From assembly GCA_024704765.1 (NCBI GenBank), contig JAKMXF010000122.1:1-64000 (forward strand): DNA of 64,000 nt, given 5' to 3'. The translations under genes and the position numbers were made by a program. The notes beneath the pieces were generated by a model. The model was not told the origin of the DNA, ran no database searches, and saw only the letters and a program-made list of their open reading frames with translations. Numbering within the stretch: the first letter of the stretch is position 1; each line of letters begins with the position of its first letter. This DNA comes from Oopsacas minuta. Its lineage: Eukaryota > Animalia > Porifera. This document shows positions 11,204-22,883 of the stretch, piece by piece.

Positions 11204-12055
11204 ATGGCCACAGCTATTACTATAGAAACGGAGAGAGGGAAAACTGGAATTGATTACACAAGCAAGATACAACCTCTGGTGTGTTCTACTAAGAGAGGAG
11301 ATGGGAATGGTGAACTTAACTGTTCATTTTGTATTACAGTTGACAAGATGACTGGAAATATTTATTTAACGGATTGTCCCAAAAACTGTGTTAAAGTATT
11401 TGACAGTACTGCTAAGTATATTTTCGAATTTGGTGACAGTAATGGTGAAGGTAAGATGTCGTATCCAAGAAGTTTAGCTATTTGTAGGAGTAGGATTCTA
11501 ATTACTCATCACCACGGTATACTGAATTATAATCTTGATGGTGAATTTATTTCTAGAATTGGTATGCATGGAAACGGAGAGTTAGAATTCAACTGTCCTT
11601 GGGGTATAGCAATCAATGAATCTAGTGACGATATTTACATTTGTGATTATGTTAACGATCGAATTCAAATACTCTTAAAAGATTTCCAATTCAAATCACA
11701 AATTGGTTCATTCAACCACCCTTATGATGTTAAACTATCTCAAGAATTCATTTATGTGTTAAATAACTCTAATCCTTGTATCCATCTATTCAATCATAAC
11801 CACATACTCTTGAAGAGTGTAATTTCACGAGGACAAGGAAATCAGGTCATTAATCCATACTCATTCTATATTGACAATTCTAACTACATTCTAATTTCTG
11901 ATTATGGCTCTAATTCTATTTCTATCTTCAATCCTGTATTCCAATCATTTCACAATATTCCAGTATTCAAGAATCCAATAGCAATAACAGTAGACAATCA
12001 TGATAGAGTTATAGTAGTGAGTTGTCATACTGGTAACTGTTTACAGATATTTTGA
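11204..12055 (+). CDS. NHL-repeat beta-propeller protein copy B (283 aa, intact)
   Basis: Six NHL blades (x-P-x-G/D...I-Y-I-x-D..N.R/C-V/I-Q/K-I/V-F/L). The start is set at ATG 11204 (MATAITI), homologous to the other copies, rather than the ORF-track ATG at 11120. No RING/B-box/coiled-coil in the ORF. Confidence 0.9.
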   Translation: MATAITIETERGKTGIDYTSKIQPLVCSTKRGDGNGELNCSFCITVDKMTGNIYLTDCPKNCVKVFDSTAKYIFEFGDSNGEGKMSYPRSLAICRSRILITHHHGILNYNLDGEFISRIGMHGNGELEFNCPWGIAINESSDDIYICDYVNDRIQILLKDFQFKSQIGSFNHPYDVKLSQEFIYVLNNSNPCIHLFNHNHILLKSVISRGQGNQVINPYSFYIDNSNYILISDYGSNSISIFNPVFQSFHNIPVFKNPIAITVDNHDRVIVVSCHTGNCLQIF

Positions 12056-13159
12056 TATACAACTCTATCTATGTATTTGTGTTCTTATTTCTTTTCTCAT
12101 TTAAATTATTTCTTTGCTTATTTATTCATTACTTCTTCCAGTATTATTTCTTTATTATTGTAATTCTTCAATTATACTTTTCTTCATTCTTTATTTCATC
12201 TTCATGTGTTTTGGCGGGTCTTTCCTCTAAGTTTTAGAATATTGCGTATAAGACCACTGTTACCCAAATTTTCATTTATTTCAGGTTCACCTGAGCATTT
12301 TGGCGTGTGGAATTTCATTATCAGGAGCCTTTTGCCCGTTACTTCACGATGAACTCTGCTCATTTCGCCTCGAGGTATCCATTATTCTCCAAATTGACGC
12401 CCCTTTGAGTATTATAATATAGATATATTTCGAACAATGTATTTCACAAATATACGTATATGTCATCTGTATTATTGAAATATTTTATAGATCACCCCCT
12501 TTCTAGTCGTTGAGGGCAAGTATCCACGGATATTTTGAGATGTATAATTTGTTTACTTTTTATCATTATTCCAATAGTATGATAATTGGGTTCAGCATCT
12601 TCGATAGTTATATTGAATTCTATTTACTTCCTTGATAAAAACGATAAATATTTAGTTATGGAACAATTTCTAAACTGCATTCCGTAAATCCTTTCCTTGA
12701 TAACAGACAAAGAAACTAACAGACAGACAACATTTGGTATGTATTACTATAGATTATATAATTAATCTTGAATCGAAGTTTATGAGATCCAATATAATCT
12801 CGGTGCTTATAAACTCAAACATTGCAAGATATCAGAGTGATTATTTGAACTGGACATCACATTCAAAGAGCAAACTTGCGAAAGGAGCTGTGAATTGATT
12901 TGAAAACTTGATCTCAGAGGAATCTATCAAGAAATGGGGATTAGGGATATTATGAAAGTAAATTCCACCTCAGGGGCCATTTTTGAAAGAATTTGGAGAA
13001 CTGACTGAACTTAGATAAGTGGAGTAGTGCTAACATCGTCCAGATAGTGCAGTGGCGATATTAGACTTCGTTCTCATTTGGAGTGTGATAGAGATTGATA
13101 TAGTTATTGATAGAAATTTGAATATGTTTGATACTGGTGGCCAATTAAAAGATGTAGAA

Positions 13160-13320
13160 CTTAAGTCGAAAGCTGTTTACACAAATAGTCGTTCCCTGTG
13201 CAACAAAATGGATGAATTTGAGCAGATGATAGCGGCGGAGGAGATAGATTAGTATCAGTTACCGAGACCTGGTTAATACTAATTCCAAATTGAAGATAAC
13301 TGGATATGCGCAAAGACAAA
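13160..13320 (+). mobile_element. LINE (CR1/L2-like) AP-endonuclease N-terminal remnant
   Basis: KAVYTNSRSLCNKMDEFEQMIAAEEID*-ISVTETWL...ITGY resembles the conserved YxNxRSL.NK.DEL...D(I)I.(V/L)TETWL start of LINE endonucleases. Confidence 0.65.
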
Positions 13321-13956
13321 TATCTACAGATTTTCTGATATAAATCTTGTCTAATGTATGTACTTCTGAGTATCCATATTTATACTTTGGAGTTCATTAA
13401 TGCTAATTAGGTAATGAGTTATGATTCTGGTAAGCTTAGATAAATATATAATAATAATCCCACGAAGAGACACTTATGTATAGAGACATTTGTGTACAGA
13501 TTTTCTGGGGAAATGCTTATATATATGTCTAAGATTACAGCTCCCTTTAACTCGGCGAATTGCACACCAGTAGAATCTTTCATTTGTGATAATAAATGGA
13601 ATTCTTTTCTTGTACACATATGCTGTCAACATCGTCATCTCGACCCCTCAGAGGAAATTAAATTCTGTTCGAGCTAACCAATGTTCGACTTAACGGGCAT
13701 TCGAGATAGCGGATGTTGACTGTAGTATAATCATTTTCTTGGTTTTAGTGAAAAATATGATTATATTGCTAAGAGAAAGACTCAAGTTTTACTTGAACCC
13801 TAAGTCCAAATTCCAAAGATTCCAGATCTATTCAAGACATAAAATCAAATATATTTCATAGTCTCTATCCAGTGCTTTGATTGCTATCTAAGTATCTACG
13901 TAGGCAGATATATTTCTGCGTATTTTTCGCTTACATTTGGTTACTCGTCAGGTAAT

Positions 13957-16728
13957 CAGTGGCGTCGTGCTCTATGGCCCCCCACAAATTTCATAAGCCG
14001 CCTCCAGATAATTTATTTCTCCCTATCGACTAATGCTTTTCGCTTTTGGTCTTGATGCATACTACTGATAGTTACATCATGTACATAGGCCAACCCTTAA
14101 TTTTTTGTTTTATATATCAATTTAGAACATTATTTGATTCTTTTTTCCTAACTTTCGTATATTGTTATTATCTTTTGTTCGTCAATAAATTTGGATAAAT
14201 ATTTTCACCCTTTGTCACCATGTTCTCCTCCAATTATCCAATCAAGTGATTACTTCTACAGTTGCAGTAGCCACTAATAGTTCTATAGAATCTGAGACTT
14301 CGTTTGTGAATTACTCGTTGTTGAACGATGCTATGGGACAAGAATTTGTAATTCCAGTAGACAGATTACTTCGTGCTGAATACATCAAATATGGACCTAT
14401 ACGACTGAAACTACCAAATAACTCATACCCTCAGACATTATTTCATGGGAAAATGAGGGCTTTTCAGGCAAATTGGTATATTTCAAGACCCTGGTTAGAG
14501 TATAATCAGTATAATGATTCGGTTTTGTGCTTTCCCTGTCGTGTTTCGGTTCTGCAATAAATAAATATGATAGAACATTTGTGGAAGATGGATTTAGACA
14601 GTGGCCACATGCGTTAGAGAAAAATAGAGGATTCGATAAACATTCAAAAAGTGAAAATCATTCCATGTGCATGGAAAAATGGACTAGTTATTTACATGAA
14701 ACTCCGGTAGATGTTCTCATCAGCGAAAATATGAAGAAAGCATTATCTCTTGCGAATAAAGAAAGGCAATCAAGAAAAGATATTGTTTATCTCCTGATTG
14801 ATGTAGTTATTACATTAGCTCAATTGAACTTGCCTTTTCGTGGTCATAATGAAGGAGAAGTGTCTACGAATAAAGTTGTTTTCAAGGGAATTGTCGAATT
14901 TATTTCTCGTTATCACCCACCTTTAATGATTCATTTACAAAAGGGACAAGAAATCCAAAAGGTTATCCCAGTTATTTATCACCTACTTCTCAGAATGAAA
15001 TGATTCAGTATAGTGCCGAAATCTTGAGGGAAGATATTATTGAAAATATTCAAATAGCTCACTTTTTTTTCAATTTGTTTAGATACTACTCCAGATATAG
15101 CTAAGGAAAGATCAGTTATCTATTGTAGTAAGATATGTCAATATAAATGGTGAAATAATTGAATCTCTACTTGACTTGATTGATGTGGCGAATTGTACAG
15201 CTGTAGGGTTAGTGACAACTATTGTTGAAGTTTTCAGTAAGCACGGATAATTGATCGAATCATTACGTGGTCAAGGTTATGGTAGATGTACAACAATGGC
15301 TGGTAGATATAATGGAGTCCAAAATTTAATTAAAGTAAAGAACTCTAAAGCCTATTTTGTACATTGTTATGCGCATCGGTTAAACCTAGTTATTGTTGAT
15401 ACTTGTAAACGCAATGTGATCACTAGAAATTTCTTTGGAATAATGCAAAAGCTGTACGCATTTATTGAGGGTAGCACAAAGAGACATGGGTTATTTATAA
15501 ATATCCAGGAAATGCTATGCCAGTCAAGGTGAAGGGAAGAAAATAGGCACACTTAAATCACTAAGCGATACTAGATGGTCTTCCCGTGCAGAGGCATGCC
15601 AAGTTTTGCTTGAAAATATTAGTGTTCTTCTAAAAGTTCTAGATTCTATTATATACGATGGTAAATATGATTCTGGTATAGCGTCAGATGCTTTCTCTCT
15701 ATCAAAATGTATAGATTTCCAATTTTGTCTATGTTTAGTTACCTTTACAGATATCCTCAAATTGTGTAATATCATTTCAAAATATCTTCAAAATGAAGTT
15801 CTTAACATATCATCAGCAAGTCTACATATTGAATCTTTAATTAGTACATTACAAGGATATACAACTGAAGCATATTTTGATCAATTATTATATTTACAAG
15901 CTGAAAAAATTGCTGAGAATATTGGCGTCACATATAGTGAACCACGTCACAGGAAGGTACCTACAAGGTTGGATGATAGTGAACACCATGTACCAATAGT
16001 GTTAACTGGAAAAGATCGTATGAAAGCGCAATTCTTTAATGATGTGATAGAGTTGATTAAAGAAGCGCTTCAGAGTAGATTCTCACATGAAACCATGCCT
16101 CTTCTCAAATCTAATGAATGCTTAAATCCCCCTAAAGCTGAAAATATACAAATTTAAGAGTACTATCAAGTTATTATATTGGCGACTTCGATGCAGATTT
16201 AATAGAATATGAATACAAACTTCTTGCGAAATCAATTGAATTATCCAATATCGGGAAAATTGGAATTCATAAACTTTATCTTTATATGGTCAAAGAAGGG
16301 ATAGCGAAATTATATCCCAATTTGAACATTCTATATAGATTGATTCTTACACTACCAGTGACATCCTCCGCATGTGAACGTTCTTTTTCAACATTAAAGC
16401 TTATTATGACTCGATTACGTAGCACGATGTGCGAAGACAGGTTAAGTAATTTACTGTTATTGTCCGTTGAATCTAACAGAATGAAATCAATCCCTAAAAC
16501 ATTTGAGAAGATTCACGAGAGATTTTGGAATGCTCCCAGGAAATAGTGTATATCAGTACTGACCTTATGAACACTAATTTACAAATATAATAGTATTTAC
16601 CATAGATTACTTGAAATATAGTTTGAACCAAAGAGAGTACTAGTACTTTTATTATGATATTATAACTCTTTTGGGATGTATTATTGATTCTGTGCCTCCC
16701 CAGAAATTTTCCAAGCAGGACGTCACTG
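13957..16728 (+). mobile_element. hAT transposon (2772 bp), non-functional
   Basis: TIRs CAGTGGCGTCGTGCT / AGCAGGACGTCACTG (13/15). Perfect 8-bp TSD CAGGTAAT (13949-13956, 16729-16736). Internal fragmented transposase. Confidence 0.95.
14246..16546 (+). pseudogene. ZMYM1/DUF4371-type hAT transposase, multiply frameshifted
   Basis: Fragments: WYISRPWLEY...LCFPC (TTF-type Zn finger), LPFRGHNE, LRGQGYG...TMAG, YFVHCYAHRLNL, SLSDTRWSSR, LTLPVTSSACERSFSTLKLIMTRLRSTMCEDRLSNL (hATC dimerization). Confidence 0.92.
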
Positions 16729-17504
16729 CAGGTAATGGAGTAAATCTTGTCTTAGAATCCTTATTGGTTCAAGAATAAGTTGGTAGTAATCCTTACTCTA
16801 CTCAATTGATGTTGGTATAGAGTACTTTTAGATATTTTTCAACCCGTTAACTACTTTAATATTTAATTTATGAGAATAATTACAACTGAACAATCGAATA
16901 ATTAGCAAAATGTCGGACTTCCCGTTCGTTTAGTTCCATTTAGCCGCTGTTCTGCAATAATCTGGAAAGTATATTGACAACTCATAAATCTCAGAATATG
17001 TACAAGAGAATGCAGTAGTATCACATTACGTATAGCAGGAATTATATAACTTGATACGTGAGATACGTAATATAATGTCTGACTATTGTGGATAGAATTA
17101 CCTACCATGGATTACTTAAAGTGCATTTTGTAATTCACCCATAATTGTAACATGCAAAATTGACATCTTCTGAATTGCTGAAATTCTGTATAATCACTTC
17201 TCCTATATAGGTACAGTGGCGTAGCCAGCCTTGAGTGATTGCCAGGGCACAAGGTAAGATTGGATTTAGATCACACATACATTGTATGCCATAATACGAA
17301 TTGAAATGATATTAATGAATATATTATTGAGCGGATAGAAACACAACAAAACGGATTATTTATAAGTAGAACTAATTCGCTTCAAGCAGTTAAAAAGACA
17401 TTTTAAACAATATAGTCCGAGATTATGTCCCCCAACCTTTCTTTATTTAGGATTTTACATTTTTCTCTTCTTCTGCAATTCTGTTTCATCACTGATTAGC
17501 CTTG

Positions 17505-18000
17505 ATGATTAACATTTGCTTTCACCTGGATGCTGGAGTCATTCTTCAGAGGAGCCATATATACTAGTATTCAGATTACCCTCAAACTCTGAACTTAGAA
17601 AACATTGTCATCACTGAAATGAATATGCTTCAACCTGGTGGCTCACTCTTTGAATTGTTTAATATTTTCCCACCCAACAACTCTACTTAGTCTTTATGGA
17701 ACTATAGGCTTAGAGTGTGAGTTGCAAACATATTTGAAGACTTCTACTGCTAATTTCAATAACCAATAACCAAGAAAGGAATATTACATTACATATGGAT
17801 GAAATACATGTCCAATCAGAGTTTTCTTACACAGGTGGAAGAATACTAACTTGATCAAAATTCTGTCGCTAAAACAGCCCCCACCGATTAACAGCCAGAT
17901 CTTGGTGGCCATCTAGCCTTGAAAGACAGAATGTCAATTTAGCACTTCGAATATTTGACGACTCAACCGCTGTAGCTTTAACAGTCTATGCTTTGTTGCC
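17505..18000 (+). mobile_element. Internally deleted THAP/P-element-superfamily transposase remnant (copy 1)
   Basis: Homologous to 37016-37500. Carries decayed SPGCWS...PVFRLP (THAP), ITLHMDEIHV and LERQNVNLALRIFDDST motifs. Confidence 0.6.
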
Positions 18001-18105
18001 CTAGCATTTCTTATTTCTATATTTATACAATTTTTGTTGTAGTGTAAAATATGATTACCTTCCATCTACCATTTGGTACGACTATTGTCAAAAACAAATG
18101 TATTA

Positions 18106-18251
18106 CAGGACCGTAGGAGCCGGTGCGGCAGGTGCGACGCTCGCCCACCAATAATTCAGAATTTCTATTATTATAACGGTCAGATGTGATCAATGCCGCA
18201 CCAATACAATGTAACTTGCCGTACCAATATTTTTTGCTTCCTACGGCCCTG
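18106..18251. mobile_element. 146-bp MITE (hAT-like TIR), copy 1
   Basis: TIRs CAGGACCGTAGGAGC / GCTTCCTACGGCCCTG, flanked by TATTA on both sides. Matching copy at 37612-37757. Confidence 0.75.
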
Positions 18252-18855
18252 TATTAATCTCAACCTATCATATTCAATGTATGCACTTTAAGTGTAATCC
18301 ATGATCCAAATGAACAGTCAGGCCTTATATTACTTAGGCCACGCTTGATGTAATTTTGATTTTATAACTTCTGTCACTATTATTCGGTTCCAATACTTTT
18401 TTTTTGAAAGATTTACAACCTCCCAGAATTAACCAAATACGGTTGCAAAGGTATTTCCTTCCACGAATATTTCCAAGAAAGCTATATGTCAGTTGAGCTC
18501 CCAAAATATTACTTACGATGATAATACATTTCAGTTTCTTGAATTCGCGGAATACAGGCTATCAAGAAGTTTATTATGTATACTGTTAACGGCCAACACA
18601 AAATTTGCCCTAAAGCGAAGTAACAGTATGTGTATTTAAGAAGTCCGTGACAATACTAAGGTAAATTCTCGTAGTATAAGAACATGTCATATATAATGAT
18701 AGGAAATTGACCGCTGGTATCGATCTCGGTATTGAACTGACAAATTTTGGTTAGATTATCGATGGATGAATTTTGGGCGAACTGCCTCATATGACATGCA
18801 TGTATACACTTCTCCTGCTACTATAGTATCCCACAATCTGAGCTCATTTCAGTTA

Positions 18856-18879
18856 TACTAACTCTTTCTATCAATTTAG
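18856..18879 (+). promoter_or_regulatory. Branch point (TACTAAC) plus pyrimidine tract plus 3' splice acceptor just upstream of the NHL start codon
   Basis: TACTAAC-TCTTTCTATCAATTTAG|CAGCA-ATG. The same motif precedes copy C' (ATG 38366), and all six full copies have TTTAG exactly 5 nt before the ATG. Confidence 0.6.
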
Positions 18880-18884
18880 CAGCA

Positions 18885-19720
18885 ATGGCCACAGCTATTA
18901 CTATTGAAACAGAGAGAGTGAAAACTGGAATCGATTACACAAGCAAGATAAAACCTCTGGTATGTGCTACTAAGAGAGGAGAAGGAAATGATGAACTTTA
19001 CTGTCCACTTGGTGTTACAGTTGAAAAGATGACCGGAGATATTTTTATAACAGATTGTTACAATAACAGTGTTAAAGTATTTAACAGCACTGCTAGTATA
19101 TATTCAAATTTGGTGACAATAATTGTGAAGGAAAGATGTACCATCCAAGAAGCTTAGTTATTTGTAGGAGTAGGATTCTAATTACTCATAACCACGGTAT
19201 ATTGAATTATTCTCTTGATGGTGAATATATTTCTAGAATTGGTAAACAGGGAAAAGGAAAATTAGAATTCAACTGTCCTTGGGGTATAGCAATCAATGAA
19301 TCTAATGATGATATTTATATTTGTGATTATTCTAACAATCGAATTCAAATACTCTCAAAAGATTTCCAATTCAAATCACAATTTGGTTCATTCAAATACC
19401 CTCATGATGTTAAACTATCTAAAGAATACATTTATGTGTTAAATAACTCTAATCCTTGTATCCATCTATTCAATCATAACTACATACTCTTGAAGAGTGT
19501 AATTTCACTAGGACAAGGAAATCAGGTCATTAATCCCCTATCTTTTTTTATTGACAATTCTAACAACATTTTAATTGTTGACTATTCTTCTAATTCTATT
19601 TCTATCTTAAATCCTGAATTGCAATCAATTCACAATATTCCAACAGCAGTAACAGTAGACAATCCTGATAGAGTTATAGTAGTGTGTAATCATACTGTAA
19701 ACTGTCTACAGATATTTTGA
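18885..19720 (+). pseudogene. NHL-repeat gene copy C (1-nt frameshift near 19097, 15-bp in-frame deletion)
   Basis: Split over ORFs 18885-19157 and 19136-19720. GCTAGTAT here vs GCTAAGTAT in paralogs. The last blade reads IPTA vs IPFSEHPTA. Confidence 0.92.
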
Positions 19721-19876
19721 TATGACACTCTATCTATGTGTGTATTTCTATATTTCATTTTATTTATTTTGCTCTCTTTAATTGTTCCTTTTCACTAATT
19801 AGATTTAATATTTCCTTTTCTCCTTTGTATGTGTTATTTCCATTTTGATTTCATTGGTTAGTATTTTGCCTATAAG

Positions 19877-19940
19877 TAGGTAGGTAGGTAGGTAGGTAGG
19901 TAGGTAGGTAGGTAGGTAGGTAGGTAGGTAGGTAGGTAGG
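19877..19940 (+). repeat. (TAGG)16 microsatellite
   Basis: Perfect 64-bp tetranucleotide run. Confidence 0.98.
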
Positions 19941-19996
19941 TGTGTATATATATTTGTATGTCCACAATTGATTTAAGAGACTGGAGGACCCACAAG

Positions 19997-20576
19997 CAGG
20001 GACGGACTGGCTAAATAATTCGGCCAAGGAAAATCTTAAACCGGCCGACTTCACTAAAAATAGAAACTGAAAGTCTAATATATCTTGGTGATTTGTTTAG
20101 AATTGATTGAGGAACTGGTAAGAGCTAGAGACTAGTTATTTATCATGTGTGTAGAATTTGATAAAATTCTAAGATCTAAATGAGATGTCTTGCCCATGCA
20201 GATATGAGGGTATATGTCTTTATCAATTGGAATAGTCTTGCCCTATCAAATTTTACTCTAACATGTGCTAATTAGAATGCACAAAATGCCGAGGTTGCGA
20301 CCTCTACAGTAGCCCAGACAGCCAGATAAGGATTACGTAAATATAATTTGGAAAAATAGATTACCGAAATATATAGACAATCGGAAACAAGCAAAACAAT
20401 CTTTATAGTGAGCAGACCTTGAATTACTCCTATATTTATCGTAGTTTAACAGATGTTCTATGATGTTTTGGTAATTCTTCCACTGCACAGAAGGGTTTCT
20501 AAGGAGCTCACTGGCCCATCGACCATGGGACACCACAGGAAATCTCCCGTTTTCCTCGTAGGCCAGTCCGTCCCTG
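19997..20576. mobile_element. hAT-type MITE (580 bp)
   Basis: Perfect 15-bp TIR CAGGGACGGACTGGC / GCCAGTCCGTCCCTG. 8-bp TSD CCCACAAG / CCCATAGG (6/8). Confidence 0.85.
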
Positions 20577-20584
20577 CCCATAGG

Positions 20585-21139
20585 GCTGATTTTAGGATAC
20601 AGGGGTATTTTTAGCTTTCTCGGACAAAATTCACGCCTATGACAAATTATGACGTTATTGTCACATTTTGGATTTTCCAAAATCACATTATTAACCACTT
20701 CTCAGCCAATATACATGATAGAAGTTTAAAATTTGAATCACAGGTATCTCTCAATGTGCCAAATGTTATGTCATCATGATTCTGACCAATAGCTAACTCG
20801 TCATAGGATTATTTTGTCATCATGAGTGTACAAAATATCAAAATTTTCCTAATTGCAAATTTCAGAATTTCTTAACACAGGGGGAAGAAGTGCCGCGATT
20901 ACTAACCCAAAGTGACGAAGCATCTCCAGTTTCAACACAGAAGGTCTTTGAATATTATATGGATGAACTATTGATAATATAATCCAAAAGTTTACATATT
21001 TTGTGAATTCGAGGTACCTAGTGGCGAGTATATTTTGTCGCGTTGCTACCAATAATACTATAAATCTAGCTGTAAAATACTTAAACTAACCAGTAACAGT
21101 AAGCTTTCGCACAGCGTCCTAGCAAGCGAAGCGCGCTAG
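20585..21139 (+). mobile_element. Dispersed repeat family with a Helitron-like 3' end (copy)
   Basis: Ends CTAGCAAGCGAAGCGCGCTAG|T (GC hairpin, then CTAG, then T). Related sequence at ~39330-42025, ~51085-51542 and ~53921-54420 (minus). Confidence 0.55.
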
Positions 21140-22883
21140 TGAAACTAGATAATGCCATAATTGGCTTATTCCATAATCAGCTAATAACGAGTTTCTATAA
21201 TTCTGAGGTTTTTCTCAAAGTCTTAACTGAATTTCCTACGTGTATGACAAATTTCTCAAGTAATGGCCTTTCTCTGAAATGCTCGTTATTTTATAACCTA
21301 TCCTCAGTAAATCCATCAATCTATGAATGGATTGTGTTCTCAGAAAATCTTTAGACACTGCCATTTCATGTAATACTTCCTCTAATAGCAGCCTCGCATA
21401 ATCGCAGGGGAAATTCTTTGAATTTATACATCCTTATTGGTCTTCGGGTTAGCCGATCTCACATATAGAGCTATGATTATATCAATATTTCATAACCATA
21501 AAGTATCTCCATTGGACACTAACTCTTAGTCAATAATTACAAATTACTTAGTTCTTATTACTAGTCAAAATGATCTATTGAATATTTAAAGTATATAGCT
21601 ATACTGGTTGCGCTAACTCTTGTATATTAGGTTACTAAATTTATCATCGCAGAAACCACTTTGCCTATTAACAGTGTTTACTTTATGTTGGTTATTAAAT
21701 TGTATGCAATCAAATAAGAAAGCATGAACCGTTTAGAATGTACACAAGATACACATAAATTCCCCAAGTGACTGCCATTAGTAAACTCGATAAATGGCCG
21801 AGGAAATAAACAATTTTGGTGATCCAGGGTGTCATACTGGGGGCTACAGGAGCATGAAATTGTACTACAGGCTATCGGATAGAGTTCACAAAATATGAAA
21901 ATTAGTATAGGAGGTTCATAGGGGATAAATGTTCGAACCAGCCTTGAAGGAAATACTAACGAAAGTTGCATCCGTATTTCTACAATAGTCGCTCCCATTC
22001 AGTTATAATGGAGCACATAATTGAGGTTAGCATTTATGGGTGGTTTATAAACTCCCACAGGACATAATACACAATTCTGTAGTCAATAATTATCCCTTTT
22101 CAAGAAATTATGGAAATTTGGTCAAAACACTTTACAACACTATGTAAGCAACAAAGAAGCAACAATTCTTAATTAGAGTATACACATATATTTAGTCAAT
22201 ATTAATGAAATAATCGGAACAACATATGAAGACGTGATGACATATTGATTTATAAGTATATTTGCTGAATATTTATTCGAAATAAATACGAAAATTAGAA
22301 ATATTCAAAATATGGAAGTTTTCGATGAGTGAATTTAACTAAGAGTCGTATTTTGAATTTAAGCCTTGCATTCACTAGAGTCATAATACCCTGGTATTAC
22401 CGAGGTATTGAGTTCCAAGAGAGACGATAACCGGGTTTTAGAAGTTGAAGAATAATCAACAACCCTAATTGTGTTATATTACATACTTCGAAGGCCTTTC
22501 AATTGACAAGTTCCAAAGCAATGTACTTCTAGAGCCTGTAGTATTGTATTATTCCATTTCTCTAATCACAACGATATATTTTGCAATTTGGACTGTACTG
22601 TTCGGATTAGCGAGGCTATAATGCACTGACTTTCCCAAAGAATGACATCTGGTCACCCTACTAGCACCCCATGTAACAAGTTCACTGTGCATTATGACAA
22701 AACCCAAATGAGTAACTTTTAAAAAGTTACAAGAAATTGTGAAATAATCGTCCTTTACATTTAACTGTCATACCATTTTCAACAACTATTATCACTAGTA
22801 ATTTTGTCGTATATGACCATGAGCTACATGTATGTCTACTGACTATTTGTATTAATTCATACTCGTATACATATTTAGCGATA

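Larger units (their letters stand above)
6495..19760 (+). repeat. Segmental duplication unit 1 (NHL-A, NHL-B, NHL-C plus spacers)
   Basis: Colinear, same-orientation similarity of 6495-10240 with 22476-26010, 10300-12090 with 28738-32300, and 17080-19760 with 32330-39255 (after removing insertions). Confidence 0.9.

Noticed and set aside
14246-16546. Programmed frameshifting or introns restoring the hAT transposases (also 32581-34627)
   Set aside because: The lesions are scattered single-base shifts and in-frame stops with no intervening extra sequence or slippery sites, consistent with neutral decay.
19851-20054. ORF with (PTYL)n repeat
   Set aside because: It is a translation of the (TAGG)16 microsatellite. 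The repeat is also not the metazoan telomeric TTAGGG.
21400-21998. Cys-rich minus-strand ORF (21678-21998) and adjacent coding-like sequence
   Set aside because: No recognisable domain, interrupted by stops, so it cannot be supported as a gene.
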